Source of the DNA: Rhabdochlamydiaceae bacterium
Lineage (GTDB): Bacteria; Chlamydiota; Chlamydiia; Chlamydiales; Rhabdochlamydiaceae
Direction: 5' to 3'
Assembly (NCBI GenBank): GCA_047459655.1
Contig: JAJREF010000003.1
Coordinates: 1-64,000 of the forward strand
DNA length: 64,000 bases
Shown here: piece after piece, positions 57,940 through 64,000 of the stretch
How the letters are laid out: each line of letters begins with the position of its first letter
Numbering within the stretch: the stretch's first letter is position 1
Translations under genes and position numbers: made by a program
The notes under the pieces: generated by a model
What the model saw: only the letters and a program-made list of their open reading frames with translations
Database searches by the model: none
Told to the model about the DNA's origin: nothing

Positions 57940-60515
57940 ATGGACGAACAACTACTTGATATTCAAGCGGAAAGACTGGCAAGTAAGGTTAAGCACTACT
58001 TGATCACCATGATGGGAATCACTGTTGCAGAAGCAAACGATGAGGAATTCTATAGGGCTTTTTGTTTGACCATCCGTGAAGAGATCATGATCAATTGGAC
58101 AGCTACGAAACACACAAGTGTGGGCAATAAAGGTCGCGTAGTGCACTACCTTTGCATGGAGTATATGCCCGGCAAAATGCTCGCTAAGAACATCTCTAAT
58201 ATGGGTATTATCGATCTTGTGAAGCTTGTGTTAAAAAAAGTTGATAGGGATTTAAAAGCTCTTTATTCCATAGAGCCTGACCCTGGTCTTGGAAATGGGG
58301 GGTTGGGAAGGCTAGCGTCTTGTTTTTTAGATTCACTTGCAACTCAGCAATATGCCGCTATTGCATATGGGCTTAGATATCAGTATGGAATTTTTGAGCA
58401 GGAGATATGGGATGGAGTTCAAATAGAGAGACCTGAAACATGGCTGTTGCATGAAAATCCTTGGGAGTTTCGAAGGGATTTGCATGCAGAATCTGTCTGT
58501 TTTGCTGGGCAGGCTGTCTCTACACGCAATAAAAAGAATATCGAAGTCTATGATCTTATTGACTATGAAGAAGTGAGGGCTGTTGCCTACGATTTTCCTG
58601 TCATGGGGTATCAAGCAGAGGGAAATTGTAATGTAGTGACGCTACGTCTATGGACAACTAAAGAATCGCCTCGTAATTTTCAGCTGCAGCGATTCAATGC
58701 TGGCTTTTTAGAACAGGCGTCAGAAAACACTTCTTTGACAGATGTATTGTATCCGAATGATGACAACGAGGTTGGCAAGCGAATTAGGCTAAAGCAAGAG
58801 TTTCTTTTGGTCTCAGCCTCTTTGCAAGATATCATTCGGACGCATATCCGCCATTATCGTGATATGACTTCATTTGCAGATAAGATAAGGATTCAAATTA
58901 ACGATACGCATCCAGCGATGGCGATTGTTGAACTCCTCCGCTTATTGATAAGAGAACATGATTTTGGGTGGGAGGAGGCGTTTGAGATTGTTCAAACCTG
59001 TTGTAGCTATACAAATCACACGGTACTCAAAGAGTCATTAGAAGAGTGGAACCAAAATAGGTTGCATTATCTTCTTCCTAGACAATACCACATTATCGAA
59101 AGGCTAAATTTAGAGTTCTGTAATCGCATTCGTCAGAAATTTTCTGGGAACGAGGAGTACGTACGCGCAATGTCAATTCTTGAAGATGGACAAATTCGCA
59201 TGGCTCATTTAGCTATTTTCGGATCGCACAAAGTCAATGGTGTTTCTGCTCTTCATACGGAGATTTTAAAAAATACGATTTTTAAACACTTTTATGAGAT
59301 GTATCCTGATAAATTCATCAATATCACGAATGGGGTCACACAGAGGCGGTTTTTGCTTTTAGACAACCCTCGGTTATCTGAGTTCTTGACCAAACGCCTC
59401 GGTGCAAAATGGATTGTCGATCTAAATGTTCTGCAAGAGCTTTCAAAGTATGCTAACGATCCTGCAAGTCAACAAGAGTTTTTAGAGATCAAAAAAGCAA
59501 ACAAGCAAGTGCTGATGGCTTATATCGAAGAAAATAACCCTCTCCGTGATGCTAAAGGAAATGTAATAGGATATATGCAACCTCTAGGAGAAGATGCTTT
59601 GTTTGATGTCCAAATCAAGCGGTTCCATGAGTATAAAAGGCAGCTCATGAACGCGCTTCACTTGATCATGTTGTACCACGATCTCAAGGGGAATCCAACT
59701 AGTAGAAAGAGTAAACGAATGGTTGTTTTTGGAGGGAAAGCAGCGCCTGGATATGCGACTGCTAAAAACATCATTCGGCTGATTTACTGCATTGCAAGAA
59801 GGGTCAATGCAGATCAAGCTGTCAACCAAATGCTGAAGGTTGTGTTCATTGAAAATTACAACGTTTCTAGGGCAGAAAAGATTATTCCAGCTGCAGATCT
59901 TTCTGAGCAAATTTCAGCGGCAGGAACAGAAGCCTCAGGAACAGGTAATATGAAGCTCACTATGAATGGGGCATTAACAATTGGAACAGAAGATGGGGCT
60001 AATATTGAAATGAGGGAAGCTGTTGGTGATGCGTGGTGGCCTTTTGCCTTTGGAAGAACAGCTAGTGAGAATGCGACGTTCAGAGAAGATTACAATCCAT
60101 GGGACATCTACATGCATAATCTTCCCATCAGACAAGCTGTCGATGCTTTGCGAGATCATACATTTTCTACAAATGATGAAGAGCATGCAGCATTCTGTAG
60201 TCTCTATAAATCGCTGCTTGAACCTGGCGATTCTCAACCTCCCGATCGCTATTTTGTTTTAAGCGATCTACAAGCTTATTATGACACTCAGAAAAAGTCG
60301 AAGATCTTTACATAAACCCTGAGAAATGGGCAGAGCACGCTATTCACAATATGGCGGGGATGGGCAGATTTTCTTCTGATAACTCTATTCACAATTACGC
60401 TAAGCTTGTCTGGGATATTAAACCAGTGCCTATTGGTCAAAAAGAGCTTGCTCGCGTCCGCGATGAGTATAGCGAGCATGATAAGTGCCGTATCTTAGGG
60501 TCTGTCCAAAGATAA
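57940..60515 (+). CDS. glgP: Glycogen phosphorylase, frameshift near 60295
   Basis: GLGNGGLGRLA, INDTHP, QIKRFHEYKRQ, EASGTGNMK; C-terminus MGRFSSD..YA..W in next frame. Confidence 0.97.
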
Positions 60516-60591
60516 TTTGGACGGCTAGACCGTGTGAAAGATCCCGGGCTTTGACACAGTCTAGATGCCTAACTTATCTTTGGACAGACCC
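60498..60591. repeat. 94-bp palindromic MITE (GGGTCTGTCC family)
   Basis: Inverted copy of 19820-19913; TTA on both sides. Confidence 0.9.
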
Positions 60592-60602
60592 TTAGGGAAA
60601 GC

Positions 60603-61382
60603 TTAATTTTGTAGGTTCCATTTTTGCGTGAGGCTTTTATAGGTGCCATTTTTTTTCAAAGTGGCAAGACCTCTTTGAAAAGCTTTCATGAGATGGGGAG
60701 CTTTTCCGTGGAGAGTGATAAGGCGTAGTCCTTCTTGGTTGAGCGGAGAAAGTGCAATCACAAGCTGCCCGTGGTATACATTGTTGCAGTAAGCATAAGC
60801 GTTTAATGTGTCAATAATAGCTCCATTTACAACCCCTTCTACAACATCATTGAGAGCTTGGGGAATAGAGTCGTAATTTCTTTGTAGAACATCGGGGTAT
60901 TTTTCTAGAATAAAAGTTCCTTGAGAGCCTTTGATCACAGCGATCTCTTTCCCTTTAAGTGCTTCAAGTGAACGGACAGTTGTTCCTATCGGTACAACAA
61001 GAGCAGGGCCTATAGATAGGTAAGGATCAGAAAAATCATAGACTTTTTCATGAAAGATATAAGGTTCCATGTTGGATAAAATGCCGTTGTAATCTCCATG
61101 TTGCAATCCTGGGATTAAATCATTCCAGCTCTTGTCATACACAGAGATGTCGATCTTCTCTATTTTCCCAATTTCTTCAATGAGTTCTACAGTAAAGGCG
61201 CGAAGAGCGATCTCTCTTCCTGGAAGGTTCAGCGATTGCCAGGAAGGATCAAGGGCTACCTTACAAGTTGTAGACCCAAAAGGACTCATCTCACAGCCTG
61301 TTGAAAGAAAGAATATGGCGAACAAAAGATAGCGCTTTAAGCTTTTAATCATTAGTCTAGTGTAAAAGATTATGCCAAACAA
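60603..61382 (-). CDS. Polar amino-acid ABC transporter substrate-binding lipoprotein
   Basis: Lipobox STGC, WNDLIPGL, YDFSDPY, LKGKEIAV, KNGTY..KW. Confidence 0.88.
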   Translation of the reverse strand: MFGIIFYTRLMIKSLKRYLLFAIFFLSTGCEMSPFGSTTCKVALDPSWQSLNLPGREIALRAFTVELIEEIGKIEKIDISVYDKSWNDLIPGLQHGDYNGILSNMEPYIFHEKVYDFSDPYLSIGPALVVPIGTTVRSLEALKGKEIAVIKGSQGTFILEKYPDVLQRNYDSIPQALNDVVEGVVNGAIIDTLNAYAYCNNVYHGQLVIALSPLNQEGLRLITLHGKAPHLMKAFQRGLATLKKNGTYKSLTQKWNLQN

Positions 61383-62403
61383 ACCAAGCGTTTCTTATTG
61401 TCTTGTGAATTTCGGAGGCCCAAGATCAAAGGAAGAGATTTTTCCTTTTTTGAAGGCTTTGCTCAACGATCGGGATGTGATTTGGTCAGGGCTGCCCTCT
61501 TTATTGCACCGCCTTCTCTTTACACGCGTTGCAAAAAAAAGATCTGTCAAAATTGCGCCCGATTATGATTTGATAGGAGGAAAGTCTCCTATTTATGAGG
61601 ATACAGAAGCCTTAGCCATTGAAGTGGGCAAGTGTCTAAATGCTCCTGTGCGTACATTTCATCGCTACATCCCTGCAACGCATGCGGAGTTTTTAAAAAA
61701 AATTTGCGAAGATACGGCGGATGAGATCCGTATTTTTCCTCTTTTCCCTCAATTCAGCTACGCCACTACTGGGAGTATTGCTCGGTTTTTTGTAGATAAC
61801 TTGCCTTGGCAGGTTGTTAGAAAGATGCGGTGGCTTTTCTCCTACGCAGCAGATGAAGGTTATATTGCCGTCATGGAGCAGACACTTCGTCAATTTTTGC
61901 AAGCAAACAACCTCATAGAGGAAGAGACCCTTTTATTTTTTTCTGCACATGGTGTTCCTAAACGATTTGTCTGCATGGGAGATCCCTATCAGACAGATTG
62001 TGAAAGCTCCTATCGTTTAATTAGAGCTGCTTTCCCAAAAGCGCTTTCTCTTCTTGCTTATCAATCAAAGTTTGGCCCTGGGGAGTGGCTACGCCCTTAT
62101 ACAGTGGATATTTGTACTGAGATAGAAGGTGTGTCCCAAGATAGAAAAAATATTGTGTTTGTGCCTCTCACATTTACAACGGATCATATAGAGACTCTTT
62201 TTGAAGTAGAAACGCTCTATCTTCCCTTGATTACAAAAAAAGGATTGAAGGCATTCAGATGCCCCGCCTTAAATCAACGTCCCGATTGGATTCAAGTGAT
62301 TGCCCGCCTCATGCAAAGAGAGGACCTTATTCCAACTCAGATGCTCGTGCGCCCCAAACAAGAAAAGTGTTGCTCAAGCCGAAAACCTGCCTGTTTAGCT
62401 TAA
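61372..62403 (+). CDS. hemH: Ferrochelatase
   Basis: VNFGGP, GGKSP, PLFPQFS, FSAHGVP, YQSKFGPGEWL, DHIETLFE. Confidence 0.95.
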   Translation: MPNKPSVSYCLVNFGGPRSKEEIFPFLKALLNDRDVIWSGLPSLLHRLLFTRVAKKRSVKIAPDYDLIGGKSPIYEDTEALAIEVGKCLNAPVRTFHRYIPATHAEFLKKICEDTADEIRIFPLFPQFSYATTGSIARFFVDNLPWQVVRKMRWLFSYAADEGYIAVMEQTLRQFLQANNLIEEETLLFFSAHGVPKRFVCMGDPYQTDCESSYRLIRAAFPKALSLLAYQSKFGPGEWLRPYTVDICTEIEGVSQDRKNIVFVPLTFTTDHIETLFEVETLYLPLITKKGLKAFRCPALNQRPDWIQVIARLMQREDLIPTQMLVRPKQEKCCSSRKPACLA

Positions 62404-62468
62404 TTTCAATGCTGTTTTTGTGTAAGATGCTAATAATAAGCGGATTGAGTTTTGCTTAATGATAGAAC

Positions 62469-63905
62469 CTATATAAAGATGGCTTTGAGGCCGTAGAAGC
62501 AGAGGATGCTAATGGCTGCACTGGCAGGGATAGTAATCACCCATGATAATAAAATGTACCGGATGGTTGAGAGGTTAATGGCTGAAAGTCCTTTAGCAAG
62601 GCCGATACCGAGAACGGAGCCCACAAGACAGTGTGTGGTGGAAACAGGAATGCCCAGTTGAGAGGCGATGAGAATGGTCGTTGCTGCACCAAATTCAGCG
62701 CAGAAGCCGCGCGTTGGTGTGAGAGCGGTAATTTTTTTCCCAATGGTTTCTATGACACGCCAGCCCCACGTAGCTAGACCAACAACAATACCAAGGCCAC
62801 CTAATGCAAGGAGCCAAGAGGGGACATGGGACGAGGCAGAGAGCGAGCCGGTATTAATGATCCCAAGCACAGCAGCTACAGGGCCGATTGCGTTTGAGAC
62901 GTCATTCGTCCCGTGTGAAAAGGCGACATAGCAAGCACTTAAGATTTGAAGAGAAACAAACATTTTTTCTACGAAATTGTATTCAGATGTCCTTTCAGAG
63001 GAATGAGTGTTTTCTTGCAGTTTTTCTGAGAGAAGTTTTGCTTCTTTTAGAATTTCAGTCACTTTAGCATGTGTTTCATCAATAGAAGAGACTCTGACTC
63101 TCTGTAAATGTTTAATGGCTTTACCAAGACTGATAACAGACTGAGGAGGGTGCCTTAAAAGGTAATCAGCCTTATCCGTTACAGGTGCTAGTTTCCGGAC
63201 AATCAAGAAAGAGATAATGGCAGCTAGAAGACCGATGATACCCGAAATGCTGATTGTTTGAGCAAAAGAGATTTTAACGGCAAAGGTTTCAAATCCATTA
63301 AAGATGAGGCAGAGAGTGAATGTTCCGAAAACAACAAAAAAGAAGAGGGGCAGAATTTTTTTTGTAGCTTCGATGGGGTTCATGGCATACAGGATCTTTT
63401 TTTGAATAATAGAAAAAATAGTGTAGGAGATCGCTGCGCTTAGAATTGGGGAAGTAACCCAGCTAACACAGATAGAAGTTATTGCTTCCCATTGGATTGC
63501 GTCAGCGCCTCCAACAAGCAAGCCAAATCCTACAATTGCTCCTATGATGGCATGTGTTGTAGATACAGGGAGACCAAAATAAGAGGCTATTTGAAGCCAT
63601 AAACTAGTGCCTAGGAGTGCCCCGCACATGCCTATAATCAGAAGCATAGGATGAAGTGCAAACGTGGAAGGGTTTAGCAGGCCATGTTGGACCGTTTCAG
63701 ATACTCTTTCACCAACGAAAAAAGCTCCACAAAACTCTAAAACAGCAGCTAAAAAAACAGCTTTTCTTAGGCTAAGAGCGCCAGAGCCTACAGACGTTCC
63801 CATTGCGTTAGAAACATCGTTTGCTCCGATGTTCCAAGCCATGTATAGGCCAATAACAAGCACGAGAATGCGTAAAATCGACACAGAGTCCATTTCAAAA
63901 AGCAT
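62469..63905 (-). CDS. PiT-family inorganic phosphate transporter
   Basis: GANDVSNAMGTSVGSG, PVSTTH twice, HGTNDVSNAIGP. Confidence 0.95.
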   Translation of the reverse strand: MLFEMDSVSILRILVLVIGLYMAWNIGANDVSNAMGTSVGSGALSLRKAVFLAAVLEFCGAFFVGERVSETVQHGLLNPSTFALHPMLLIIGMCGALLGTSLWLQIASYFGLPVSTTHAIIGAIVGFGLLVGGADAIQWEAITSICVSWVTSPILSAAISYTIFSIIQKKILYAMNPIEATKKILPLFFFVVFGTFTLCLIFNGFETFAVKISFAQTISISGIIGLLAAIISFLIVRKLAPVTDKADYLLRHPPQSVISLGKAIKHLQRVRVSSIDETHAKVTEILKEAKLLSEKLQENTHSSERTSEYNFVEKMFVSLQILSACYVAFSHGTNDVSNAIGPVAAVLGIINTGSLSASSHVPSWLLALGGLGIVVGLATWGWRVIETIGKKITALTPTRGFCAEFGAATTILIASQLGIPVSTTHCLVGSVLGIGLAKGLSAINLSTIRYILLSWVITIPASAAISILCFYGLKAIFI

Positions 63906-64000
63906 GCAATCCTGGGTTGTGTCCCCTATCCACGGTGGAAACTCCTTTTAGATGTAATTGGAAACTCAGGCTCAGTGGAAAATTGGTTCAAAAGAACCCA

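Noticed and set aside
1..64000. Complete DGR cassette or retron
   Set aside because: No RT ORF and no AAC-rich template repeat seen in the window

Overview
AT-rich bacterial DNA from an environmental chlamydia (Chlamydiota; inferred from the sctJ-K-L-R-S-T type III secretion operon, MOMP-like porins, DUF648/F-box proteins and gene order). About 1-19.9 kb is accessory: two paralogous giant modular effector-like genes (nucleotidyltransferase / PI3-4K-like kinase / LRR / C-terminal lectin-like domain), an ankyrin protein, nested IS4/IS5/IS1202-type elements and a traD-HTH-traA remnant. The rest is mostly housekeeping (eno, trmH-like, CCA enzyme, mutL, pepP, histidine kinase, sufBCDS, T3SS, glgP, hemH, pit), interrupted by three MITE families, F-box genes and an ORF-less class IIC group II intron. 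Most notable: (i) an unassigned ~520-nt structured ORF-less element at the last codon of the first effector, split by an IS4 with a perfect 10-bp TSD; (ii) a DGR-variable-region-like NNC codon run just upstream of it; (iii) the IIC intron inserted into a palindromic MITE. Many core genes are split at homopolymers, most likely sequencing indels. No rRNA, tRNA, CRISPR array or reverse transcriptase was seen. All family calls are from motif recognition, not database searches.
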